Made by a program: the position numbers and the translations under genes. A DNA stretch of 63,332 nucleotides, the filler included, from Chiloscyllium plagiosum (Eukaryota): assembly GCF_004010195.1 (NCBI RefSeq). It is 4 parts of one record of this genome, joined end to end, with 100 filler letters (N's around TTAATTAATTAA, not from the genome) between each part and the next. Parts side by side here need not be neighbours in the genome. Positions count along the whole stretch, not along the records: positions 13,456 to 29,066 come from NC_057714.1; positions 29,167 to 53,585 come from NC_057714.1; 2 more parts are not named here. One strand, 5' to 3'. Positions 24,176-36,960 of the stretch are shown piece after piece. Under the pieces are notes generated by a model that was not told where the DNA came from, did not search any database, and worked only from the letters and a program-made list of their open reading frames with translations. Within the stretch, counting starts at the first letter, position 1. Each line of letters begins with the position of its first letter.

Positions 24176-26385
24176 CGGTTAGTCTAGGCGAGTGCCAGGA
24201 CAGGTCAGCACAGGGGCAGTGAGTATTGGCAACGAATACCAAGCATAGAGGTGGCAAGTCCCAGAGCAGGGAATGGGACTCTGACAGTGGTGAATGGGAG
24301 TCCCACTGTGGGAGATGTGAGTCCCGGAGCAGGGAATGTGATGCCTGGAGCGGGCAATATTAGTCCCAGAGTGGCAAATACGAGTCCTGGAGTAGGGGTA
24401 CAAGTTCTGGAATGAGGCATGCGAGTCCCGGAGCAAGGGATACGAGTCACGGAGTGGGGATGGGACTCCCGGAGCGGGGCATGGGAGTATGAGAGTTGGG
24501 GATGGGAGTCCTGGAGCAGGGGGTGTGTCAACCGGTGTGGAAGATGTGAGTCCTGGAGCTGAGGTTGGGAGTCCTGGAGTGGGGGATGTGAGTCCCGGAG
24601 AGGGGGATGTGAGTCCCGGAATGGGGGATGTGAGTCCCAGAGTGGGGGATGTGAATCCCAGAATGGGGGATGTGAGTCCCGGAGCGGAAGTTGGGAGTCC
24701 CAGAGTGGGGGATGTGAGTCCCTGAGTAGGGGATGTGAGTCCAGGATTGGGGGATGTGAGTCCCGGTGTGGGGGATGTGAGTTCTGGAGTGGGGAATGTG
24801 AGTCTCAGAGCGGAGGTTGGGAGTCCCAGAATGGAGGATAGGAGTCCCAGAGCGGTGGATGTGAGTCCCAGAGCGGGGGACGTGAGTCCCAGAGCAGGGG
24901 ACGTGAATCCCAGAGCAGAGGATGGGAGTCCCAGTGCGAAGGATGGGAGTCCCGGAGTGGGGGATGGGAGTCCCGGAGTCGGGGATGGGAGTCCTGGAGT
25001 GGGGGAATGTGAGTCCCGGAGTGGGGGAGTGTGAGTCCCGGAGTGGTGGATGGGAGTCCCAGAATGGGGGATGTGAGTCCCGGAGTGGGGAATGTGAGTC
25101 CCAGAGTGGGGGATGTGAGTCCCGGAATGGATGATGTGAGTCCCGGAATGGGGGATGCGAGTCCCAGAGTGGGGGATGCGAGTCCCAGAGTGGGGGATGT
25201 GAGTCCCAGAGTGGGGGATGTGATTCCCAGAGTGGGGGATGTGAGTCCCAGAGTGGGGGATGTGATTCCCAGAGTGGGGGATGTGATTCCCAGAGTGGGG
25301 GATGTGAGTCCCAGAGTGGAGGTTGGGAGTCCAGAATGGAGGATAGGAGTCCCGGTGTGGGGGATGTGAGTTCTGGAGTGGGGAATACGAGTCTCAGAGC
25401 GGAGGTTGGGAGTCCCAGAATGGAGGATAGGAGTCCCAGAGCGGGGGATGTGAGTCCCAGAGCGGGGGACGTGAATCCCAGAGCAGAGGATGGGAGTCCC
25501 AGTGCGAAGGATGGGAGTCCCGGAGTGGGGCATATGAGTCCCAGAGTGGCGTATGTGAATCCCAGAATGGGGGAATGTGAGTCCCGGAGTNNNNNNNNNN
25601 NNNNNNNNNNNNNNNNNNNNNNNNNNNNNNNNNNNNNNNNNNNNNNNNNNNNNNNNNNNNNNNNNNNNNNNNNNNNNNNNNNNNNNNNNNNNNNNNNNNN
25701 NNNNNNNNNNNNNNNNNNNNNNNNNNNNNNNNNNNNNNNNNNNNNNNNNNNNNNNNNNNNNNNNNNNNNNNNNNNNNNNNNNNNNNNNNNNNNNNNNNNN
25801 NNNNNNNNNNNNNNNNNNNNNNNNNNNNNNNNNNNNNNNNNNNNNNNNNNNNNNNNNNNNNNNNNNNNNNNNNNNNNNNNNNNNNNNNNNNNCCCAGAGT
25901 GGGGGATGTGATTCCCAGAGTGGGGGATGTGAGTCCCAGAGTGGGGGATGTGATTCCCAGAGTGGGGGAAGTGATTCCCAGAGTGGGGGATGTGAGTCCC
26001 AGAGTAGGGGATGTGATTCCCAGAGAGGGGGATGTGAGTCCCAGAGTGGTGGATGGGTGTCCAGGAGTGGAGGTTGGGAGTCCTAGAGTGGGAGATGTGA
26101 ATCCCAGGGTGGGGGATTGGAGTCCCGGAATGGAGGCGAGGCCCTTGAGGACTGGAAATGAGGCCTAGAAGTTTGAAGCTGGGCGGTCTGAAGGCACGAT
26201 GCTGGCACGGACTTAATAAAAAATCTAAAATTTGAGTACTATATTCTTTATTCTTTATGCTGAACTTGTATTTATGATTCTTTCAAGACTGGAACACATA
26301 CATAAGTATCTGTACCAAGATACCCTGTAACTAAGATAGCACCAAAGTGCCATTTGAGTGCTTGTGACAATAAAGGCTAATTCAG
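24176..26385 (+). mobile_element. SVA-like composite element: long G-rich VNTR plus Rex1-like 3' tail
   Basis: Inserted into CR1 ORF2 with possible TSD agttc(g)agga at 24166-24175 and 26384-26392; ends gcttgtgacaataaaggctaattca. Confidence 0.6.
24250..26130. repeat. 21-bp minisatellite (consensus GAGTCCCAGAGTGGGGGATGT), includes a 301-N gap
   Basis: Dozens of tandem units; higher-order repeat between 24758-24962 and 25347-25530. Confidence 0.97.
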
Positions 26386-28591
26386 TTCAGGAAGTCTGTG
26401 AAAAATCAGGTGCAATCAGCATAATGAGAAGGGAAATTCTGGATAGAATGACCTCTTTGAAGATAGATATATCACCAGGACTGGATGAATTGTATCCTAG
26501 GCTGCCAAAGGAAGTCAGAGAAGAAATAACAGTTGCCATGAAGGTCATTTTCCAATCCTCACTAGATACAGGTGAAGTATCAGACGGTTGGAGATCTGCA
26601 ACTGTTGTTTCATTACTTAGAAAGTGTGTAAGGATTGGCCAAATAATTCAAGGTCAGTCGGTCTGATCTCAATAGTGGGCAAACACTTGCTTCATTACTG
26701 AGAGATAGGATTAACTATTACTTAGAAAGACACAGACTAATCAGAGATAGTCAGCATGGTTTGCTAACCAGAGGTCATATCTTACTGACTGATTTAATTT
26801 TCTGAGGAAATTAGAAGGAGAATTGATTAAGGTCCACATGGACATTGTCTACATGGATTTTAGTAAGGTGTTTGACAAGGTCCCACTTGTCTGACTTGGT
26901 TGGACTTGTCAGAAAGATTAAACCCATGGGATACAGGAGAATGCAATGAGTTGGATCCAAAGTTGGCTCACTGACAGGAAACAAAGTTAATAGTCAACAG
27001 ATGTTTCTATGAATGGAACACAGTTTCCAGTGGTGTTTCACAGGGCTCAGTGGTGGGTCTCTTGCTGTTTAGACTTGGGAATTTAGACTTAAATGTGGTA
27101 CCATAGCTTGAAGAGGATGGCTGTTGAGTGCAGGATTGATGTCAATAGTGTTGTTGGAAAGCGACAAATCTAATTTAATCTGGAGAAGTGTGAGATTATG
27201 CATTTATCACATATTCAATAAACAGAGAGCTGTTGAGAGGTATGGAGAAAGTTAGAGAATTGGAGTGGATGCCCTCAGGTCCCTCAGGATGGCAAGACAG
27301 GTAGATGAGGTGGTAAATAGGGCTTATGGGTTGTTTTCCTTCACCGGATGAGGCACTGAATACAAAAGCAGAGATGCAATTCTGAGACTACATAAGATAC
27401 TGGTTACGCCAAAGCTGGAATTTTATATAGAGTTTTAGTCACTAGGATGTAATTATTCTGGAGACAGTACAGAGGAGATTTACAAGAATGGTGCCAGGGC
27501 TTGGAAATTGTACCTATGAGAATACATTGAATGGTGTAGGGTTGTTTTCCTTAGAAAAGAGGAAGCTGAAATCTTTCAAGATTGAGGTGTACAAAATAAT
27601 GAGGGTCTTGGATAGAAAGGCCAGGGTTTCCTCCCACAATCAAAAGATGTACTGGTCAGATGAATTGGCCATGCTAAATTGTCATCGTGTTAGGTACATG
27701 AGGGGTAAATGTAGGGAAATGGGTCTGGGTGGGTTACTCTTCAGACGGTCAGTGTGGACTTGGGCTGAATGGCCTGTTTCTATACTGTAGGCATTCTAAT
27801 TGAAAACAGCAAGTTTATAGATGAGATTCTGGAAAGTGAGATGAGAATGGGTGGTTACTTTGTTCAACCAGCACAGATACAATGGGCTGAATGGCTCCTT
27901 TCTATACTGTGACTTTTCTATATTTCAATATTTACATACGGATCAATCTTAATGGCTTAAAATTTTGCCCATGTTCTTTACTCTGTCTTCTATACATTTT
28001 TGATATCATTTGACCTACCTCATGGCTTTTTCTTTGTTTTTCAAAACCACTCTTTCTTTTGTGTTCTTGCACTATTTATTTCAGCTAAACCTCTGCCTTC
28101 ATTTGTATGGTTTAATCACTCCTGCATTCCCTGATTTTTTCAAAAATAAAGTTTCCCCAGGCTTTAAGATATTCACATAAATCCTCCTTCATCACTCTAT
28201 TTACTTTCCACAAGATCATTGGTATCACCTCGGATAAGATTAGGGCTAACCGTTCAATATTCCTTCCATTATTCCAGAATTCATTCTGATGCCTTAAAAA
28301 TATGAACCCATCCCTCCTGCAGGCACCTCATGAGTCTTGTCTTTTCTTGTCCTTTACTTGTAAAAATGAAGATAAAGATCTCAGATTGGCATGCGTACAT
28401 TTGTTTTTCAACCACGTGAAAACTCATAAAAAAAACCTCTGTCAGACCTTAAAACATAGTTCCAGCTTTGTCATGGATCCTGTGACTTTAGAATTCACTC
28501 CATCCCTTTACAGAAATATCCCACCAATGCCATGTTGATCCAGGGAGGAAACATACTATAAGGAGTCCTGTTCACGATTAAAGAAAACCTG

Positions 28592-28725
28592 TGTTCTGAA
28601 GATGAGTCCTTTGGACTCAAAATGTTATATCTGTTTCTTTCTCCACAGATGTTGCCAGACCAGTTGAGTGTCTCCAGATTATCTGTTATTTCAGATGACC
28701 AGCATCTGTAGTATCTTGCTTTTTT
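28592..28725 (+). mobile_element. PLE family D pLTR fragment with hammerhead-like core
   Basis: CTGAAGA t gagtc ctttg gactc aAAA tg TT (perfect 5-bp stem II; CpG-type decay of cGAAAcg). Confidence 0.7.
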
Positions 28726-28782
28726 AAAAGAAAGTCTCATCTGTACTCCTGGTAAGACAATCACAAATTGCTACAACTTAAC

Positions 28783-29385
28783 AATTCTTCCGTCGCCTCC
28801 GCCTCTGAGCTTACTTTCACAATCAGGACTCCCGCCCACCTTCCGAGGACCCCTTTGCCCACCTCCAACACACCCCGCGCTGGCCTATTACCTGCCTCGA
28901 CCTCTTCATTTCCAACTGCCGCCGGGACATTAGCCGCCTCAACCTGGCTACCTCCCTCCCCCACTCCAACCTCTCACCCTCACAACCCGCAGCCCTCCAA
29001 ACCCTCTGCTCCAATCCCAACCTCACCATCAAGCCAGCGGATAAAGGGGGCGCAGTGGTAGTCTGGNNNNNNNNNNNNNNNNNNNNNNNNNNNNNNNNNN
29101 NNNNNNNNNNTTAATTAATTAANNNNNNNNNNNNNNNNNNNNNNNNNNNNNNNNNNNNNNNNNNNNCCTCTTTCCACCTATCACATTTCCGACGCCCCTC
29201 CCCCAAGTCCCTCCTCCCTACCTTTTATCTTAGCCTGCTGGATAAACTTTCCCCATTCCTGAAGAAGGGCTTATGCCCGAAACGTCGATTCTCCTGTTCC
29301 CTGGATGCTGCCTGACGTGCTGCGCTTTTCCAGCAACACATTTCCAGCTCTGATCTCCAGCATCTGCAGACCTCACTTTCTCCTA
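28783..29385 (+). mobile_element. Penelope-like element family A: ORF segment, gap, 3' pLTR
   Basis: FFRRLRL*AYF...LDLFISNCRRDI...SNLS...L..NPNLTIKPADKGGAVVVW (PLE DKG motif); pLTR after the gap. Confidence 0.9.
29256..29289 (+). ncRNA. Minimal hammerhead ribozyme motif (PLE family A)
   Basis: ttc CTGAAGA a gggc ttat gccc GAAA cg TC ga. Confidence 0.7.
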
Positions 29386-30108
29386 CTATCTAAATGGAGT
29401 CAAGTTAGGTAAAGGGGAAGTACAACGAGATCTAAGTGTTCTTGTACATCAGTCAATGAAAGCAAGCATATATGTACAGCAGGCAGTGAAGCAAACACTT
29501 GGCATGCCGGCCTTCATAACAGGAGGAACTGAATATAGGAACAAAGAGGTCCTTCTACAGCTGTACAGGGCCCAGGTGAGACCACACCTGGAGTACTGTG
29601 TGCAGTTTTGGTCTTCAAATTTGAGGAAGGACATTCTGGCTATTGAAGGAGTGCAGTGTCGTTTCGCTAGGTCAATTCCCAGAATGTCAGGACTATCATA
29701 TGTTGAAATATTGGAGCGACTGGGCTCGTATACACTTGAGTTTAGAAGACTGAGAGGGGATCTGATTGAGACGTATAAGATTATTAAAGGATTGGACACT
29801 CTGAAGGCAGGAAGCATGTTTTTGCTGATGGGTGAGTCCTGAACCAGAGGACACAATTTAAAAATAAGGGGTAGGCCATTTAGAATAGAGTTGAGGAGAA
29901 ACTTCTTCACCCACAGAGTGGTGGATATATGGAATGCTCTGCCCCAGAAGGCAGTGGAGGCCAAGTCTCTGGATATTTTCAAGAAAGAGATGGTTAGAGC
30001 TCTTAAAGATAGTGGAATCGAGGGTTATGGGGATAATGCAGGAACAGGATACTGATTGTGGATCATAATGAATGGCCTACTCCTGCAGCTATTGTCTATT
30101 GTCTATTG
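29386..30108 (+). mobile_element. CR1 LINE 3' part (ATTGTCT-tail family)
   Basis: VLLQLYRAQVRPHLEYCVQFWS...RRLRGDLIETYKI. Confidence 0.93.
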
Positions 30109-30139
30109 CATGACAGATTTTTCTGTTGACTGTTCTGGT

Positions 30140-31008
30140 TCGCTGGTTGTTTCATTGTGCTCGCTGCTGACACTGTAGGGTTTGTGGAAGAATTGACAGA
30201 GCCTCATTTACCTGATGAATTCCTCTGTGTCTGCTGCAAGACCAATGGGGTCCAGTTTGCTGTGGGGCAGATATTGAGCTCTTGTGCTGAGAACTTTTAT
30301 TTTGTCTCATTGAAGGGCTTGGGCAGACAAGTTGACAATGGATTTCACTGTGGTAATGTCAGTTTCAACTGTGGCACCAGGGGAGGTTTGGTTACTCTTG
30401 GTGGTGATGCCAAGTTTCTCCAGTTTCCTGTTCTTGGTGTGCATGTAGGTGGCATAGTTCCATTGCATCATCTGCTTGGCGGTGTTTCATAGCTGGTCCA
30501 CTGTATCCTGAACACAAGCTGAGAATACGGACTCTATCTCGATTTCAAGGTTGTGGTGTCTGCTGTAGAGCTGGAGTACGGGATGATTGAGGAGTGTGTG
30601 AGAGGTGTGACAGCAGAGTCTCCCAGTGCAGTGTGTCTTGTAGGTCATTTAGAGTGGGTTTGTGATCTGTAGTCCTTACGGGATCTTCTCTGCTTTCTTG
30701 CATCTCTGCAGAAACTTATTGTCTGTGTCGATATGTGTGATCTTCTTACAGATTACTTCCACTTTATGCACAGTTTGTGGTATCAATGGTAGCCATGATG
30801 TTGAGGTGCCAGTGTTGGACTGGGCTGGACAAAATCAGAAGTCACACGACACTGGGTTACAGTCCAACAGGTTTATTTGAAATCGCAAGCGCTGGCCATT
30901 TGTCAGATGAAGTTAACATCATCTGATGAAGGGGCATAACTACAAAAGCTTGTGATTTCAAATAAACCTGTTAGACAATAAGCTGGTGTTGTGTGACTTC
31001 TGATTTGT
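30140..31008 (-). mobile_element. Penelope-like element family B: palindromic pLTR (30795-31008) then decayed ORF N-terminus
   Basis: Minus frame KFLQRCKKAEKIP*GLQITNP...KSIVNLS...VLS...DPIGLAADTEEFIR*MRL.QFF; the pLTR matches the 997-1120 end. Confidence 0.8.
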
Positions 31009-33046
31009 TACTATTTTTGTACACTAAATGTCCTCGCAAAATTTGATGACTGTGTTTAATGTGGACCAGTTCCCTCTACTCCTTGGCACCACTTCCATTG
31101 GATAAATATTTGAAGCAGTGGAAGATACAAGTCTAGGTGTAGTGAACAGGAAAAAACATGTTAGTCAGAAGGTTTCAATTTGGAATTCCTCTTGATAAAC
31201 TTGGACTCAAATTCACAGTCAACACCCAGTTGTGGTGCTTTGTGAATTTCGCAATTTTTTGGTGCTGCTTTATAAACTAAAACCCTCTTCTCGTTTGAAG
31301 AGGTGCAGGTGTCCAAGTTTATCCCTCAACCAAGATTGGTGAAACAAATCTTGTGGCTGTTTTTTTTCATTCATTCATGAGATGTGAGTGTCACTGGCTT
31401 GGACAGCATTTTTTGCACATTCTCTAATTTTCTAGCAACGTTAGTGTGATCTGTCTTCTTGATACACTGCAGTCCATGGGGTAAAGGGACACCCACTACG
31501 CTGTTTGGAAATGACGTCCAGGACATTGATGTTAATCGAATGTTGTTGTGCATAATTTGGTTGCTACATTTCCTACATTCCATTAGTGATGACTCTTCCA
31601 AAAGAACTTTATTGGCTGTAAAAAGCTTTAGGAGTCCAGAGCTTGTAAAAAGCACAACATAAATTCAAGTTTTTCATCCTTTTGTTTGCTCATTAAGTAT
31701 TTGTAAGCCATTATCATAAATAGTACTTTCTGGGCAATAGTCCTTGAGTTCTCAAATCAGACCATAAGCCAACACCATTTTAACACATGGAACTATAACT
31801 CCTAATAGGCATTCTTCAACAGTAATGGACGAACAGAAATACTTTCAGGATAATAATTTAAACTGCAAATAATATTTTGACACTTATAGTTCAGGAGTAG
31901 TGTAACACTCTCAAAACTTGCTCCTTGCAATTAATGATGGAACCCAAATGCCTGGAGTTTATTGTTGTCTTGTCTTTCTCCAAAGTCATATTCAATGCAT
32001 TTCCTGCCAGCTCTCCTGATTTTTATTTGAGGGATATAAATTTCCAGAGCTTTTCAATAAAGTGTTGTCTGGTAGCAGTTTTTTTTTCTTATAAATAGCC
32101 AAAAGCTCCAAATGTTTTACATTTCTGAATGATGTTGGATGATTTCTGAATGATGGCTGTTAGATATGAAGGGACATTATCACCAACAGTCTTGGTTAGA
32201 GCTTCTTGGCCTATGAACTGAGAGGTGCAGGGCTATCTAAATGCTCAACATGAAACATGCAAGCCAATTATTAGGTCAGGAAGCAGACCCATGGGGTCAC
32301 TCAGTATCAGTCTAATAACCACGCTGTTATTGCCACATGTGCTTTCAGGTGTCCTTGGCCTGATTACATGTGTTTGAGAAAATATTCATTGGTGCTGTTT
32401 ACATCTGAAATGTAAATATGCTGTGAAAGTTTTTCTGTATTACTCAGTCGTTTCCATTCTGCGTGCGACAGTGATCCACCCATGTCCCCTTCCCCATGCA
32501 TTCGCTTCCGAAACACCCATGTCTCATTTTCACCCCTGTTCTAAGGGATGATGAACTAAGAGATCTGCTGCTGGGACTCAGCTGCTGTTTAGAAACACAG
32601 GGAACTGGCTGAAGCTCACTGCTGTAATCCAGTATTTGTGCACCCTGTGTTTCTTTTTTGGTCAGAATTGCTTGAAATGGATAGGTTAGCGATATATTTG
32701 AGACTGGTACATTAAGTGTACATATCATCTCACGGACAGGTTTAACTTTGCTTCCGAAGGGGACAAATTCTAACTTTAATGAAGGTGAAAATTAGGCTGC
32801 AGTGAATTGGTTGTTCTTTTTCTGCCCGCAAATTTGTGTCGGCTATTCACAACATTTATCGAGCTGAATCTATTCTGAAAGGGTTCACATCATCTTTGAA
32901 TGAGTGGGTGGCAGAATGTTGGTGTTTTTGAAACTGTATGAAGTTTTAAGTGTTATTTTATACCTGGGACATGGAAACTACAGAGATGATGCAATATCAA
33001 TGCAACAGGCATGAGAGACTGAAATTAATAGGAGAGATCTGAGTTA

Positions 33047-33766
33047 TAGAGTCATAGAGTCATAGAGATGTACAGCATGGAAGCAGACCCTTCGGTCCAA
33101 CCGACCAGATATCCCAACACAATCTAGTCCCACCTGCCAGCACCCAGTCCATATCCCTCCAAACCCTTCCTATTCATATACCCATCCAAATGCCTCTTAA
33201 ATGTTGCAATTGTACCAGCCTCCACCACTTCCTCTGGCAGCTCATTCTATACATGCATCACCCTCTGTGTNNNNNNNNNNNNNNNNNNNNNNNNNNNNNN
33301 NNNNNNNNNNNNNNNNNNNNNNNNNAACCAATGTCCTGTACAGCCGCAACATGACCTCCCAACTCCTGTACTCAATACTCTGACCAATAAAGGAAAGCAT
33401 ACCAAACGCCTTCTTCACTATCCTATCTACCTGCGAATCTACTTTCAAGGAGCTATGAACCTGCACTCCAAGGTATCTTTGTTCAGCAACACTCCCTAGG
33501 ACTTTACCATTAAGTGTATATGTCCCGCTAAGATTTGCTTTCCCAAAATGCAGCACCTCACATTTATCTGAATTAAACTCCATCTGCCAATTCTCAGCCC
33601 AATTGCCCATCTGGTCAAGATCCTGCTGTAATCTGAGGTAACCCTCTTCTCTGTCCACTACACCTCCAATTTTGGTGTCATCTGTAAATTTACTAACTGT
33701 ACCTCTTATGCTTGCATCCAAATCATTTATGTAAATAACAAAACGTAGAGGACCCAGCGCTGATCC
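33047..33766 (-). mobile_element. CR1 LINE RT/3' part
   Basis: SKFTDDTKIGGVVD...WQMEFNSDKCEVLHFG; (tagagtca)n tail on the plus strand. Confidence 0.94.
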
Positions 33767-34175
33767 TGAGTTAATTAGACTATTTCCAATACAGCAGAGA
33801 AGGTTAAGGAGAGAAGGTTAAATATTAAGGGTTTTTCTAGACGCATTATGGGGTGATGATTTTCCCTGGACTTCAGTGAAAAGCAATTAAAAGTTTAACA
33901 TTGTCATTAAATGAATGAAGAGAAAAGCAAAACTCAAAGAAATTCCTTCACATAACAATCAGGCTTGCTAGATAAGTGGCTAGTAATATTTGAATGAAAC
34001 AAGTGCCAGATAATGACCATCTCCAACAAGAGAAAATTTAATAAGATCTGATTGATGTTCAGTAGTGTTAACATTACCAGATCAGTCATCATCAGCATTC
34101 CAGGGATCACCACTGAATGGAAACATAACTAGACCACATGTGCAAATATTTTGGCATCAAGAACCAGAGTTTCTT

Positions 34176-35479
34176 GTGACCAGTGATGTGCCACAAGGAT
34201 TAGTGCAGGATCCACTGCTTTTCATCATTTATATTAATGATTGAGATGTGAACAAAGGAGGTACAGTTAGTAAGTTTGCAGATGACACCAAAATTGGAGG
34301 TGTAGTGGACAGCAAAGAAGGTTACCTCAGAGTACGATGGGATCTTGATCGGATGGGCCAGTGGGCTGAGGAGTGGCAGATGGAATTTAATTTAGATAAA
34401 TGTCAGGTGCTACATTTTGCAAAGGCAAATCAGGGCAGGACATATACACTAAATGATAAGGTCCTGGGGAGCATTGCTGAACAAAGACACCTCAGAGTGC
34501 AGGTTCACAGTTCCTTGAAAGTAAGAGTCTTTAGATAACCTACAGTGTGGAAACAGGCCCTTTGGCCCAACAAGTCCACACCGATCCTCTGAAGAGAAAC
34601 CAACCCCCCTATGCTTACCCCTGACTAATCTACCTAACACTATGGGCAATTTAGCATGGCCAATTCACCTAAGCTGCACATCTTTGGACTGTGGGAGGAA
34701 ACTGGGGCACCCGGAGAAAACCCACGCAGACACAGGGAGAATGTGCAAACTCCACACAGACAGTTGCCCAAGGCGGGAATTGAACCCGGGTCCCTGGCGC
34801 TGTGAGGCAGCAGTGCTAACCACTGAGGCACCGTGCCGCAGGTAGATAAGATAATGAAGAAGACGTTTGAAATGCTTGCCTTTATTAGTAAATGCATAGA
34901 ATATAGGAATTCGGTGGTCATGTTGCAGCTGTATAGGACATAGGTTAGGACACTTTTGGAATACCATGCGCAATTCTGGTCTCCCTCCGATAGGAAGGAT
35001 GCTGTGAAACTTGAAAGGGTTCAGAATTTACAAGGATGTTGCCAGGGTTGGAGGTTTTGAGCTACAGGAAAAGATTAAGTAGACCGGGACTATTTTCCTG
35101 AGAGTGTTGGAGACTGAGGGGTGACTTGAAGGAGGTTTGTAAAATTATGAGGGGCATGGATAGTGTAGATAGACAAGGTCTTTTCCCTGGGGTAGGGCAC
35201 AGGTTTAAGCTGAGAGGGAAAAGATTTAGAAGGGACCTAAGGGACAACTTATCCATGCAGAAGGTGGTGCATGTATGGAATGAACTGCCTGATGAAGTGG
35301 TGGAGGCTGGTACAATTACAACATTTATGGGGCATCAGGATGGGTATATGAATAGGAAAGGTTTAGAGGGATATGGGCCAAGTGCTGGCAAATGGGACTA
35401 GATTAATTTAGGGTATCTGATTGGCATGAACGAGTTGGACCGAAGATCTGTTTCTGCGCTATACATCTCTATGACTCTA
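34176..35479 (+). mobile_element. CR1 LINE RT to 3' end, split by a SINE
   Basis: VPQG..GPLLFIIYIND, SKFADDTKIGG; tail ctctatgactcta. Confidence 0.93.
34522..34836 (-). mobile_element. HE1 SINE inside CR1
   Basis: Full head and tail. Confidence 0.92.
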
Positions 35480-35824
35480 AGAACAGGTCAGAGGCTGGGG
35501 ACTCTGCACTGTGTAACTCACCCCCTGTCTCTGCAAAAGGTGCTCAAGTGAAGAGTATATGGAATAACCTTTACTTGCCTAGATAAGTGTAGCCCCAATA
35601 ATACACAAATCAGGATATGATCCAACACCTTCAACACTCCCTCTCGGCACTATTAATTCACAGGGGCAGCAATGTGTACCATAAAAATGCAGCAACAGGC
35701 AAACATCTTTTAATAGTACCATCGACTTCCATCATAATTGAAAAAAAGAACAGCAGACACATTAAGATATCACTACCAAGTCATACAGGAACTTGACTTG
35801 GATTTATTCTTCACCTTTTCTCGG

Positions 35825-36960
35825 TCATAGAGTCATAGAGATGTACACCACGGAAACAGACTCTTTGGTCCAACTCATCCATGCTGACCAGATATCCCAA
35901 CCCAGTCTAGTCTCACCTATCAGCACCCGGCCCATATCCCTCCAAACCCTTCCCATTCATATACCCATCCAGATGCTTTTTAAATGTTGCAATTGTACCA
36001 GCCTCCACCACATCCTCTGGTAGCTCATTCCATACACGTACTACCCTCAGCATGAAAAGGTTGCCACTTAGGTATCTTTTATATCTTTCCCTTCTCACCG
36101 TAAACCTGTGCCCTCTAGTTCTGGACTACCCGACCCCAGGGAAAAGACCTTGCCTATTTACCCTATCCATGCCCCTCATGATTTTGTAAACATCTATAAG
36201 GTCACCCCTCAGCCACTGACACTCCAGGGAAAACAGCCCTAGCCTATTCAACCTCTCCCTATAGCTCAAATCCTCCAACCCCGGCAACATCCTTGTAAAT
36301 CTTTTCTGGGGTGGCACGGTGGCTCAGTGGTTAGCACTGCTGCCTCACAGCGCCAGGGACCCAGGTTTGGTTCCAGCCTCGTGTGACTGTCTGTGTGGAG
36401 TTTGCACATTCTCCCAGTGTCTGCGTGGGTTTCCTCTGGGTGCTCTGGTTTCCTCCCACAGTCCAAAGATGTACAGATCAGGTGGATTAGCCATGCTAAA
36501 TTGTCCATAGTGTTAAGTGCATTATTCAGGAAATAATGTGTCTGGGTGGTTTACTCTTTGGAGGGTCGGTATGGACTTCTTGGGCTGAAGGGCCTATTTC
36601 CACGCTGTAGGTAATCTAATCTTATCTAGTCTGAACCCTTTCAAGTTTCACAACATCTTTCTGATAGGAAGGAGACCAGAATTGCACACAATATTTCAAC
36701 AGTGGCCTAACCAATGTCCTGTACAGCCGCAACATGACCTCCCAACTCCTGTACTCATAACTCTGACCAATAAAGGAAAGCATACCAAATGCCTTCTTCA
36801 CTATCCTAACTACCTGTGACTCCACTTTCATGGGCCTGCACTCCAAGGTCTATTTGTTCAGCAACTCTCCCAATTAGGTGTATACGTCCTGCTAAGATTT
36901 GCTTTCCCAAAATGCCGCACTTTGTATTTATCTAAATTAAATTCCATCTGTTAATTCTCT
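35825..36960 (-). mobile_element. CR1 LINE 3' part split by a SINE
   Basis: KKAFGMLSFIGQS.EYRSWEVMLRLYRTLVRP; GDLIDVYKIMRG. Confidence 0.93.
36307..36622 (+). mobile_element. HE1 SINE inside CR1
   Basis: Head ggcacggtggctcagtggttagc; aatctaatct tail. Confidence 0.92.

Larger units (their letters stand above)
24000..27920 (+). mobile_element. Old CR1 ORF2 interrupted by a VNTR element (24176-26385) and a SINE 3' fragment (~27620-27800)
   Basis: LKIDISPGLDELYPRL.KE.REEI...IFQSSLDTGEV..GWRSA.V; later VYMDFSKVFDKVP, SGV.QGSV.G and LFSLEKRKL motifs. Confidence 0.88.

Noticed and set aside
24179..26168. Long heptad-repeat ORFs (SPRVGDV, SPTLGLT) resembling repeat proteins
   Set aside because: A by-product of a 21-bp unit that is open in several frames on both strands; frames break at indels and there is no gene structure
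32364..32525. Short ORF starting MGGSLS (myristoylation-like) and a nearby GCFG motif resembling natriuretic peptides
   Set aside because: Only 39 codons with no support, and GCFG lacks the DRIG ring motif
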